Source: Candidatus Methanogaster sp.
GTDB taxonomy: Archaea; Halobacteriota; Methanosarcinia; Methanosarcinales; Methanogasteraceae
Length of the DNA stretch: 34,874 nt
Reading direction: 5' to 3'
Assembly (NCBI GenBank): GCA_013572355.1
Contig: QBUV01000093.1
Location: 1-34,874, forward strand
Positions 9,709 to 17,599 of the stretch are shown here, piece by piece (within the stretch, counting starts at the first letter, position 1; the number at the start of each line of letters is the position of its first letter). The notes below the pieces were generated by a model that worked only from the letters and a program-made list of their open reading frames with translations, had not been told where the DNA came from and ran no database searches. Made by a program: the position numbers and the translations under genes.

Positions 9709-10139
9709 TAAGCGTGGGTGAGATCAGACTTACCACAGAAGGCGTCAGGTACATCGCGCTCTTCGAGAGTCTCACAGGAGCTACGGCACGAGACTGCATC
9801 GATGAAGGCGATCGGGTACTGTATGTGGTCAGAACCGGCGACATGGGGCTTGCGATCGGCAGAAACGGCGAACACATCAACAGGGTCAAGAAATCCATCG
9901 GCAAGCCAGTTGAGATTGTGGAGTATACCGACGACCTCGAAACGTTCATGAAGAACGCGGCGCAGCCAGCGAAGGTGGTTGGGGTCGAACGGGTGGTGCG
10001 CGGCGGAAGGCGGATCGTGTACGTGGACGTCCCCCCCAACGAGAAGGGGCTTGCGATCGGCAGGGATGGCAGAAACATCGAAAAGATGCGGATGCTCGCG
10101 CAGCGGCATCATAGCATCGACGACGTGATCATCAGATAA
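9705..10139 (+). CDS. nusA: Archaeal NusA (two KH domains)
   Basis: YIALFESLTGA, GLAIGRNG and KGLAIGRDGRNI GxxG loops. GTG start overlaps the L30e stop. Confidence 0.93.
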   Translation: MISVGEIRLTTEGVRYIALFESLTGATARDCIDEGDRVLYVVRTGDMGLAIGRNGEHINRVKKSIGKPVEIVEYTDDLETFMKNAAQPAKVVGVERVVRGGRRIVYVDVPPNEKGLAIGRDGRNIEKMRMLAQRHHSIDDVIIR

Positions 10140-10173
10140 GGTTTAAGTTCGAGATCAAGAGAGGAGGAATAAC

Positions 10174-10602
10174 ATGGGCAAAGGAAAATATGCAGCTCGC
10201 AAACTACAAAAAGACCGACAGAAAGCCAGATGGAGCGATCGTAACTACAGCAGTCGTGCTCTCCGTCTGAATATCAAGGCAGATCCGCTCAGCGGTGCTC
10301 CGCAGGGGCGAGGAATCGTGCTCCAGAAGGTCGGGGTTGAGGCAAAACAGCCAAATTCCGCGATTCGTAAGTGCGTTCGGATACAGCTAATCAAGAATGG
10401 AAAGCAGGTTACCGCATTCTGCCCGGGAGACGGCGCTATCAATTTCATCGATGAGCACGACGAGGTGACGATCGAACGTATCGGCGGGATGATGTCAGGT
10501 TCCATGGGCGACCTGCCTGGCGTAAGATTCAGGGTGACCGCTGTAAACGACGTGACGCTTCACGAGATGGTGATCGGGCGTAGAGAGAAACCAGTCAGGT
10601 GA
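10174..10602 (+). CDS. rps12: 30S ribosomal protein S12 (uS12)
   Basis: [37 protein letters not shown] upstream. Confidence 0.98.
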   Translation: MGKGKYAARKLQKDRQKARWSDRNYSSRALRLNIKADPLSGAPQGRGIVLQKVGVEAKQPNSAIRKCVRIQLIKNGKQVTAFCPGDGAINFIDEHDEVTIERIGGMMSGSMGDLPGVRFRVTAVNDVTLHEMVIGRREKPVR

Positions 10603-10606
10603 TCAG

Positions 10607-11167
10607 ATGGATAAGTTATTTGACAAATGGGATCTCTCAGAGGTCGAAGTCACGGATATGGGCACCAGGAGATATGTAGATCTCAGTCCGAGAATCGTGC
10701 TGCATACTGGCGGCAAACACAGCAGCAAGCAGTTCAACAAGTCCAGTATACCGATCGTTGAACGGCTGATCAACAGGATCATGCAGAAAGCGGCGAACAC
10801 CGGTAAAAAGCAGCGTGCTTACAGCATCGTCGTATCCGCATTCGATATCATCCATGAGAAGACCGGGAAGAACCCGGCACAGGCTCTCGTCGATGCTATC
10901 GCCAATGCAGGGCCCCGGGAGGAGGTTGTCCGTCTCAAATACGGCGGGATCGCTGTGCCGAAGGCCGTCGATACATCGCCCCAGCGCAGAGTGGATATCG
11001 CTCTGCGTTTCATCGCCGAAGGGGCGCGCCGTTCCGCATTCAAGAGTAAGAGATCTATGATAACGAGTCTCGCTGATGAGATCATGGCTGCTGCATCGTA
11101 TGATGTGCGGAGTTATTCGATCAACCAGAAGCAGAGCCTCGAGCGGGTCGCGAAGTCCGCGCGGTGA
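10607..11167 (+). CDS. rps7: 30S ribosomal protein S7 (uS7)
   Basis: [45 protein letters not shown]. Confidence 0.98.
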   Translation: MDKLFDKWDLSEVEVTDMGTRRYVDLSPRIVLHTGGKHSSKQFNKSSIPIVERLINRIMQKAANTGKKQRAYSIVVSAFDIIHEKTGKNPAQALVDAIANAGPREEVVRLKYGGIAVPKAVDTSPQRRVDIALRFIAEGARRSAFKSKRSMITSLADEIMAAASYDVRSYSINQKQSLERVAKSAR

Positions 11168-11184
11168 GTCGGAAGTACGTGTTC

Positions 11185-11353
11185 GAGGGCACTCTAAAAA
11201 TCCGAGTGCCCTATCACCGCCGAGGGCGCAGAGTTTCAAGATCGATCTGATCCTCTGCGTTCTCCGCGTGCTCTGCGGTAACGGCTCTGCCGTCGGCGTT
11301 TGCGTTAAAATTTAAAGATATAGTGATTAGTGGTTTTTACTTGGATTTTTCGA
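11185..11353. repeat. Palindromic dispersed repeat / MITE-like element, copy 1
   Basis: Shares ~50 nt with 17420-17469. Internal inverted arms (ACCGC..GCGCAGAG / CTCTGCG..CTCTGCGGT). Imperfect terminal inverted repeat 11193-11207 vs 11339-11353 (13/15). Confidence 0.7.
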
Positions 11354-11367
11354 TTGAGCAGGTTCGA

Positions 11368-12150
11368 TCAGATGCCAGTCCAGCAGACAGTCTCACCGCA
11401 CCCTCGTGCCTGCTCTTCCCCGAGCAAGCCTAAAAGACGCTCGCGTATCACATTCACTTCAACGCTCGTCCTCAGTCGCGGCCTCTCGAGATCGACCTTT
11501 AGGATCTCACGGATCTCTCCAGGTCTTGCTGATAACACGACCACTCGGTCAGCGAGATAGACCGCTTCATCGATGCTGTGCGTGATGAAGAGCACAGTCT
11601 TTCGCGTCTCACACCATATCCGCAGCAGTTCACCCTGCAGGAAGTTTCTTGTCTGGGCATCGACCGATCCGAACGGCTCATCCATCAGGAGCACCTTCGG
11701 ATCGTTTGCAAGCGCCCTTGCAATCGCAACCCGCTGCCGCATCCCTCCCGAAAGTTGGTATGGATAACTGCGCCCGAACGCTTCCAGCCCGACCAGTTTT
11801 AGGTATTTCAGCGCGATTCTGCGCCGCTCCTCCTTTGGCACCCTTTTCATCTCAAGCCCGAAAGCGATGTTATCAATTATCGTTCTCCATGGAAAAAGCG
11901 AATACTCCTGAAATACCATGCCCTGCTCCGGGTCTGGCGATTTTATCACCCTGCCATCGAGGAACACCTCCCCGGATGTCGGTTGATCAAGCCCTGCAAC
12001 GATTCGCAGGAGTGTCGTCTTGCCGCATCCGGACGGACCGATAAAGCAGAGAAATTCCTTGTCAAAGACCTCGAGGTTGATATTCCGAAGAGCTTCGACC
12101 CGTCCGCTCTCTGATTCAAAGACCCTCGAGACATTGGCTATTGTGAGCAT
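11368..12150 (-). CDS. ABC transporter ATP-binding protein, NitT/TauT (SsuB-like) family
   Basis: Walker A GPSGCGKTT, VFQEYSLFPWRT, LSGGMRQR, LLMDEPF, FITHSIDEAVYLADRVVVLS.RPG. Confidence 0.93.
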   Translation of the reverse strand: MLTIANVSRVFESESGRVEALRNINLEVFDKEFLCFIGPSGCGKTTLLRIVAGLDQPTSGEVFLDGRVIKSPDPEQGMVFQEYSLFPWRTIIDNIAFGLEMKRVPKEERRRIALKYLKLVGLEAFGRSYPYQLSGGMRQRVAIARALANDPKVLLMDEPFGSVDAQTRNFLQGELLRIWCETRKTVLFITHSIDEAVYLADRVVVLSARPGEIREILKVDLERPRLRTSVEVNVIRERLLGLLGEEQARGCGETVCWTGI

Positions 12151-12165
12151 AATTATATTTAGGCA

Positions 12166-13086
12166 TCATAATGATCGATAACCTTTTCGCTCGATCTCTC
12201 TCGTTCCGTCAAGTGTTATCCTCCCCGCTACCGGCGTCACCTCCCCGATGACAGTCAGTTCACATGCATTCCTGGCATCATGAAGTCTCTCTGGCGCAAC
12301 CGTGAAGAGCAACTCGAAGTCCCCGCCAGCGTACAGTGCCAGATCGAGATCCGGTCCCAAACCCATGTCCAGCCCCGGCAGCACCGGAAGCGAGTCTGCA
12401 TGTATCGTAAATCCGCATCCGTTCACCTCTGCCAGTTGGTAGAGCGATTCGGAAAGTCCGTCACTGTTATCCATCATCGAGGTGACCGCTTTCGATTCTG
12501 CAAGTCTTATTCCCTCAGCTATGCGTGGAATAGGCTCGAATAATTTCTTCACCGCAACCGGATCATCCGCGGCCCGCCCCAATTCCAGTGCTTTCATGCC
12601 GGCGCCTGCGGTTCCGAGATACCCTGTGACGCAGACCAGCTCACCGACCTGCGCGCCACGTCTCCGGAGGATCTGATCCTTTCGCACACGCCCAAGTGCA
12701 GTTCCCGTGATCGTCAGTTCCTGATGCGAATCAGTGTCCCCGCCGATGATGGCTGTGCCGCATTTACGCGCACATGCACTCATTCCATCAATCATCGATT
12801 CCACGAATGCCTGCGGAAGGTCGGGAAGCCCGGTCGATACGAGCAGTCCGCAGGGGTGCGCACCCATCGCGGCGATGTCGCTTAACGTGCCTGCCGCAGA
12901 CATCCAGCCGATCTGCCATGCGCTCATCTCCCCCGGAAAGTCGGTCGCCCGGTGGAACATATCTGTGGTTGCGACCAGATATTCGGCATCTGCGAGATCG
13001 ATTACGGCACAGTCCTCAAATTCAATATCCAGATTCCGGATGATCGATCCGACGACCGCGGTCTCGCCGAGTTCGTAGATGGTCAT
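12166..13086 (-). CDS. thiL: Thiamine-monophosphate kinase
   Basis: EDCAVI, TTDM, LSDIAAMGA, GGDT, MDNSDGL, GGDFELLFT. Confidence 0.94.
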   Translation of the reverse strand: MTIYELGETAVVGSIIRNLDIEFEDCAVIDLADAEYLVATTDMFHRATDFPGEMSAWQIGWMSAAGTLSDIAAMGAHPCGLLVSTGLPDLPQAFVESMIDGMSACARKCGTAIIGGDTDSHQELTITGTALGRVRKDQILRRRGAQVGELVCVTGYLGTAGAGMKALELGRAADDPVAVKKLFEPIPRIAEGIRLAESKAVTSMMDNSDGLSESLYQLAEVNGCGFTIHADSLPVLPGLDMGLGPDLDLALYAGGDFELLFTVAPERLHDARNACELTVIGEVTPVAGRITLDGTREIERKGYRSL

Positions 13087-13156
13087 GATAACCTCTGGTG
13101 GCGCCGACCCAACACTGGCGTTGAGCCGGCAGCTTCCGGACTTGTACCTGCAACGA

Positions 13157-14224
13157 TCAGATCGAGTTTGCGATATTGATCATCGCTTCCCGGTCAAGCG
13201 GACTTGCAAGCATGTAATCAAGTGCACCATCATTCCACTGGAGCACCACAGTCTTGCCAAATGGCGTTTCCATCGTCGTCATCGTGCAGTCGTATCCGTC
13301 ACCAACCGTGATCGTCTCGTTATCGCCTTCAAGCATCGGCATCGGCTCTGCGGATTCATTGTATGCGCTCTCGACCAGTTGAACCATTGTGGATAGCATA
13401 TTTTCATCGGTAGCGTTGGCGTATATAAGGACCACCCCGTCCACGGATTCCGAAACAGGAGTAACCGCGACATTCTCAATCTCGTAACCCGGCGGCAGAT
13501 ATACTGGCTCCTTAATATCAAACGAAACCTCTGCCTGCGCCTCTTCGATGGTCATAGTCGCAGGTGTCATCGTCTCGTCTGTCGATTCGACGGTTGCGCC
13601 TTCCGGTATCTCGAATTCAAATGTGCTGTTCGGGATATCCACATTGAACTCTATGTCCTGATACTCCATGCTCATCAGGAGTTCGCCATTCTGGTACGTC
13701 TCGATCTTAAGTGGCATCCAGTTCCGTTCATCGAGCCACACCTCAACTGACATAGGCATGAATGCATCATCAGGTGTCGCGGTAATCCTGCGACATTGGC
13801 GCCCCGAGACGGTTCCAGCCCCATTCGAAGCGATCGCACATGTATCGACCAGATCCTTGAGGAATAAGGCATCTCTGGACCGGTTCGTCTGTGCATACGC
13901 AGGAATGTTTGCTGTCTTGACCAGATTCTCAGAAGGATCGTACATCCAGATGTGCGTGCCATTCGAAACCATGACCTGTCCAGCAACTTCAGAAGGTTCT
14001 GTATATTCCATCCGGATCATGTTCGGCTGCTTGTACGCATAGTCCATGACCATGGTCTCGTTGTTGCTTGACATGACCATGTTGCAGGTGAAACTCTGCA
14101 CAGTGTCTTGATGCGCCATAATCTGCTGCTCAAGCTGTTCGGGAGTGAGTTCATTATCGACGCATCCAGCCATCAGAAGCGAGATGCCGATGATTGTGAT
14201 TAAGAGTATGTTTATTGCCTTCAT
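13157..14224 (-). CDS. Lipoprotein with LolA-like (DUF2092-type) domain and DUF4367-like C-terminal domain
   Basis: Start reassigned to ATG 14224 (MKAINILLITIIGISLLMAGC, lipobox). YKQPNMIRMEY...VSNGTHIWMYDP, VWLDERNWMPLK, FEFEIPEGA, MTIEEAQ...PVYLPPGY. Confidence 0.8.
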   Translation of the reverse strand: MKAINILLITIIGISLLMAGCVDNELTPEQLEQQIMAHQDTVQSFTCNMVMSSNNETMVMDYAYKQPNMIRMEYTEPSEVAGQVMVSNGTHIWMYDPSENLVKTANIPAYAQTNRSRDALFLKDLVDTCAIASNGAGTVSGRQCRRITATPDDAFMPMSVEVWLDERNWMPLKIETYQNGELLMSMEYQDIEFNVDIPNSTFEFEIPEGATVESTDETMTPATMTIEEAQAEVSFDIKEPVYLPPGYEIENVAVTPVSESVDGVVLIYANATDENMLSTMVQLVESAYNESAEPMPMLEGDNETITVGDGYDCTMTTMETPFGKTVVLQWNDGALDYMLASPLDREAMINIANSI

Positions 14225-14271
14225 CAGTGGAACTGGCGAGTTTCTGGTTAATAAAGTTGTGGTCGGTACGG

Positions 14272-15213
14272 TCACAGTACGCTGTGCTCGATCACCGCAC
14301 CGCATTGCGGGCATCTCACAGATCGCAGATGCGGCACGATCGCGATATTGCATGCACATGCGGTGCAGACAACAGTCTCCTCAACACCGATCAACCTCTC
14401 AAACCGTACAGCAACGGTATTCATATAATTAAGGATCGGCTCGCCATAGTGTTTTGCGGTGTAGAATGTGAAGAATGAGAGCATCATACCAGCCACAACA
14501 TCGGTCATCCAGTGCACCCCGAGATACAGTGTGGCAAAGACGATTGTAAGAAATGCGAATGTCAGGAATACCGTGTACCTGCGAAGATCGGTTGTGCTGG
14601 TGACCAGCAGCGCGCCGAAGACGAGTGCTGCATGAAGACTCGGGAAACAGTTATCAAGAGGGTCTACGGTGGTGATGCCTTCATAGATCATCGGATGCAG
14701 TTCGTACATGAGCGGCTGGATGCCTGACAGCGCGTAACCTGTGACCTTGACCGGGAAGAGCAGGTAAAACGGGAACGCGATCAGATAATTGAGTACGAAC
14801 ACGAGAGAAAACAACTTTAGCGCTCTCATCTGCTCTGTGTATGCAAGTATCAGGAATGTGAAGATCATAACCGATGAGAAGAGTACCAGATACACAAACG
14901 TCATCAGATACGTGAGCACGGGATACGCATGGCTCTGGAAAACCGCAACCACATCTCCTTCGATGTATTCGATATAGTGAGTGCAGTCATAGTTCACAAA
15001 CAGGTTCAGTTCCCGCTGTATCGGAAACTGCGCCTGCATCAGCCCATACACGGCGGCGGCTACTAGTACGTAGGGCCAGTACCCGTTTATCAACTGCCTT
15101 GCTGTATATCCACGCTTCTTTCTGCGGCATTCCCCTGGCACGAAAGCCAGAAAGTACAATGCAAGCATAATCAAGGTGAAAAGAATGATAACAACACTCA
15201 ATTGCCATGCCAT
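14272..15213 (-). CDS. PAP2-superfamily membrane protein (Aur1/IPC-synthase-like) with C-terminal Zn ribbon
   Basis: Multiple TM segments, NCFPSLHAA and LYLGVHWMTDVVAG catalytic motifs, C-terminal CTAC...CPQCG. Confidence 0.82.
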   Translation of the reverse strand: MAWQLSVVIILFTLIMLALYFLAFVPGECRRKKRGYTARQLINGYWPYVLVAAAVYGLMQAQFPIQRELNLFVNYDCTHYIEYIEGDVVAVFQSHAYPVLTYLMTFVYLVLFSSVMIFTFLILAYTEQMRALKLFSLVFVLNYLIAFPFYLLFPVKVTGYALSGIQPLMYELHPMIYEGITTVDPLDNCFPSLHAALVFGALLVTSTTDLRRYTVFLTFAFLTIVFATLYLGVHWMTDVVAGMMLSFFTFYTAKHYGEPILNYMNTVAVRFERLIGVEETVVCTACACNIAIVPHLRSVRCPQCGAVIEHSVL

Positions 15214-15359
15214 TATGATTACCCGTCCTCTGCAATTTTAATAATTGGATTTATTTGATGACAGTTTTGTATAATTCCCAGATACTTAAGTGTTATGGTT
15301 GGGTCAGGCTGCCAACCCGCCAGACACCTTTATCATATAAGCAAGCAAAGGAGGGTGTT

Positions 15360-15671
15360 ATGGAATTTTGTCCGGAATGCGGCACCATGCTGGTGTTGAA
15401 GGATGGTGCACAGCTGTGCAGACGCTGCGGATTTACAACGGATAAACAAGACGATAAATCCGTTTTATCTGTTGAACGGCATGCAAAGAAGACGATTGCA
15501 GTTCTTGAAGGACACGCAGACGTAGGATTGCCAACCACACATGCACGGTGCGAGGAATGCGGAAACGACACCGCTTACTGGTGGCTGCGACAATTGCGGT
15601 CAGCAGACGAGAGCGAGACCAGATTTTTCAGGTGCACAAAGTGCGGGAGAACGTGGCGAGAGTATGATTGA
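15360..15671 (+). CDS. tfs: Transcription factor S (RpoM/TFIIS-like)
   Basis: Start at ATG 15360 after GGAGGGTG. FCPECG...CRRC and CEECG...QLRSADESETRFFRCTKC with an intact DE acidic hairpin. Confidence 0.95.
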   Translation: MEFCPECGTMLVLKDGAQLCRRCGFTTDKQDDKSVLSVERHAKKTIAVLEGHADVGLPTTHARCEECGNDTAYWWLRQLRSADESETRFFRCTKCGRTWREYD

Positions 15672-15745
15672 TCGGTAATATCCTGTTCGCAGGACCGTAC
15701 TGAATTCACTCGGGGGAATATGGTTGACCCCACCAATCATCTCCG
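15669..15745 (-). ncRNA. Candidate structured small RNA with complementarity to 16S rRNA (U3-like hypothesis)
   Basis: Minus-strand BRE/TATA ~25 nt upstream with no credible CDS downstream. Terminal stem UGAUUGGUGG/UUACCGAUCA and internal hairpin UCCUG-CGAA-CAGGA. Two rRNA-complementary tracts. Ends are estimates. Confidence 0.5.
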
Positions 15746-15770
15746 GGATGACTTGCCGTAACAACCCATC

Positions 15771-15785
15771 TATATAAACCCTTTT
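15771..15785 (-). promoter_or_regulatory. Archaeal BRE + TATA box
   Basis: Minus strand reads AAAAGGG-TTTATATA, a near-consensus BRE/TATA. Confidence 0.7.
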
Positions 15786-15830
15786 CATCCTGCAGGGGCT
15801 GTCAACCCCAGAGACCCCTCCCGAATCCCT

Positions 15831-15980
15831 TTACTTCCTTGCGAGTTCCTCCAGAACCTCTTCCGGCAACTGCCTCACAATATCGATCTTCGCAACACAG
15901 CTCGTCCTGATGCCATGTTCCTTTGCGATCGGACGCAGGTCCGTAAGCGTCACCTTCTTAGCTATTTCCTCGATGTCCAT
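15831..15980 (-). CDS. 49-aa small protein, helix-extension-helix (Rho-N/SAP-like) pattern; absent from the ORF track
   Basis: MDIEEIAKKVTLTDLRPIAKEHGIRTSCVAKIDIVRQLPEEVLEELARK*. Strong RBS GAGGTGA 6 nt upstream, overlapping the stop of the preceding gene. Confidence 0.75.
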   Translation of the reverse strand: MDIEEIAKKVTLTDLRPIAKEHGIRTSCVAKIDIVRQLPEEVLEELARK

Positions 15981-15991
15981 ACACCATCACC

Positions 15992-16300
15992 TCACTTCTC
16001 GGAAAGTTCCCGAATAGTCTTTTCGAGTTCTGCGATCTTGTCCTCCATACGTGCGACATCGTCCTTCGTTGCGATCTTTGACCGGTCGATCGAGTTCTGC
16101 ACACTATTTGAGATCGTATCTCCGAGTTCCTGCATCTGCTTCTTCTTCTCGGTCAGGAGTTCCTGGACAAGGGATTTCCCTTCTTCTCGATTCATCTCTC
16201 CTTTCTCGATGAGTTCGTCCACGGTCTGCCTGATCTTCTCCTCGGTGATCGCAAGCACGCCGATCCCGATGAGTCCCAACTTTCTGAGTGTTTCGCTCAT
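15992..16300 (-). CDS. Phasin-like / polyhydroxyalkanoate synthesis regulator family coiled-coil protein
   Basis: Start ATG 16300 after GGAGG. LGLIGIGVLAITEEKIRQTVDELIEKGEMNREEGK...IATKDDVARMEDKIAELE. Confidence 0.8.
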   Translation of the reverse strand: MSETLRKLGLIGIGVLAITEEKIRQTVDELIEKGEMNREEGKSLVQELLTEKKKQMQELGDTISNSVQNSIDRSKIATKDDVARMEDKIAELEKTIRELSEK

Positions 16301-16362
16301 GGTAAAAACCTCCAACTGACACAACACATTTATCTGATATATACCTTCTGACAATAGATACT

Positions 16363-17373
16363 ATGAAGAAAGCAGCAGTCATTCGAGGCGACGGAACTGG
16401 ACCTGAACTTGTGGACTCCATGATGCGGGTTATGGACGCGGTGAGTCCTGACATCGAGTTCGTACCGTGCGAGGCAGGAGAGGAATGGTGGAAGGAAAAC
16501 GGCGGAGACTCCTTGATCCCGGATGAGACCTGGGACGTACTACAGGAGACCGATGTGTGTTTCAAGGGACCGACCACGACGCCCGGAGTCGTCGGCGCGC
16601 CAAGGAGCGTTGCCGTAAGCATCCGCCAGCGGTTTGACCTCTATGCGAACGTGCGCCCGATAAAGACATTTACAGGGGCGCCTGCGCCGCTTGGTGATGT
16701 CGATTTCGTCGCGGTCAGGGAAGCAACAGAAGGCATGTATTTTGGAAAAGAGGTTGAGATAACAGATGACACATTCATTGCAATCCGGAGAATCACGCGA
16801 CGTGCATGTGAGAATATCTCAAGGTACGCTTTTGATGAAGCTACGAGGCGGGGCTGGGATACCGTCGTCGGCATCCACAAGAGTAACATCTTAAGGATGA
16901 CCTGCGGTGCATTCATGGACACATTGCGCGCCACTGCAACCGAATACCCTGATGTGGAACTCTGGGAGTATCACGTCGATAACATGGCGCAGCAACTCGT
17001 AAAGAACCCGCAACTCTTCAATCACAAGGTACTCGTCTCAACAAACCTCTTTATGGACATCATAAGCGAGGAGTGCGCAGGGCTGATCGGGAGCATCGGT
17101 CTTGTATATTCGGCAAACATAGGCGACGACTACGCGATGTTTGAGCCGGCACACGGCTCTGCTCCGAAATATAAAGGACTGGACAAGGTGAATCCGTGCG
17201 CAACGATCCTTGCCGGTGCATGGATGCTTCGGTACCTCGGCGCGGCTGATGGGGCGGACGCAATCATCCGTGCGACCGAGCAGACGATTGCGGAAGGCAT
17301 AACCACGTATGATCTCGGCGGAAGTGCGAGCATGAGCTCTATGACTGACGCGATCATCGGAAATCTGGGGTGA
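16363..17373 (+). CDS. Isocitrate/isopropylmalate/homoisocitrate dehydrogenase family protein
   Basis: IRGDGTGPE, FKGPTTTP, FDLYANVRP, VREATEGMY, HKSNIL, MFEPAHGSAPKY, TYDLGG. Substrate cannot be assigned by eye. Confidence 0.9.
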   Translation: MKKAAVIRGDGTGPELVDSMMRVMDAVSPDIEFVPCEAGEEWWKENGGDSLIPDETWDVLQETDVCFKGPTTTPGVVGAPRSVAVSIRQRFDLYANVRPIKTFTGAPAPLGDVDFVAVREATEGMYFGKEVEITDDTFIAIRRITRRACENISRYAFDEATRRGWDTVVGIHKSNILRMTCGAFMDTLRATATEYPDVELWEYHVDNMAQQLVKNPQLFNHKVLVSTNLFMDIISEECAGLIGSIGLVYSANIGDDYAMFEPAHGSAPKYKGLDKVNPCATILAGAWMLRYLGAADGADAIIRATEQTIAEGITTYDLGGSASMSSMTDAIIGNLG

Positions 17374-17419
17374 ACTGACTCCGGATCATCTGTGCTATCG
17401 TGGTGCAAAGGAACATGCA

Positions 17420-17517
17420 GAGGGCACGGTCTAAGAATCCAGTGATTTACCACCGCGGAGGGCGCAGAGGAACGCGGAGGAGGATAAGAACTCTTGCGTT
17501 CCTCCGCACTCTGCGGT
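17420..17517. repeat. Palindromic dispersed repeat, copy 2
   Basis: GAGGGCACGGTCTAAGAATCCAGTG..CACCGCGGAGGGCGCAGAG aligns with 11185-11233. Right arm TTGCGTTCCTCCGCACTCTGCGGT. Confidence 0.7.
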
Positions 17518-17599
17518 TATTTTCCTGACAGAAAGCACAGGATCGCAATCAGGAGACCGATCCGCATACCTGAGTAGTTACACTTATTGAACACATACC

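Noticed and set aside
9306..10112. Long alternative-frame ORFs (e.g. 268 aa here, 2720-3487, 20681-21502, 22482-23189, 28670-29440)
   Set aside because: Antisense shadows of well-supported genes in moderately GC-rich DNA, with no motifs.
13087..13156. TPP riboswitch upstream of thiL
   Set aside because: Only 70 nt, and the conserved CUGAGA and related TPP aptamer motifs are absent.
15669..15745. Standard box C/D methylation guide, fluoride riboswitch or tRNA interpretation
   Set aside because: The boxes are degenerate and the 16S 5'-end tract does not cover the +5 position from CCGA. Only GGAGAUG matches the fluoride motif. There is no T-loop or anticodon arm.
15600..15788. 62-aa minus-strand ORF across the candidate ncRNA
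   Set aside because: Its start overlaps the BRE/TATA, it runs antisense into tfs, and it has no recognisable motif.
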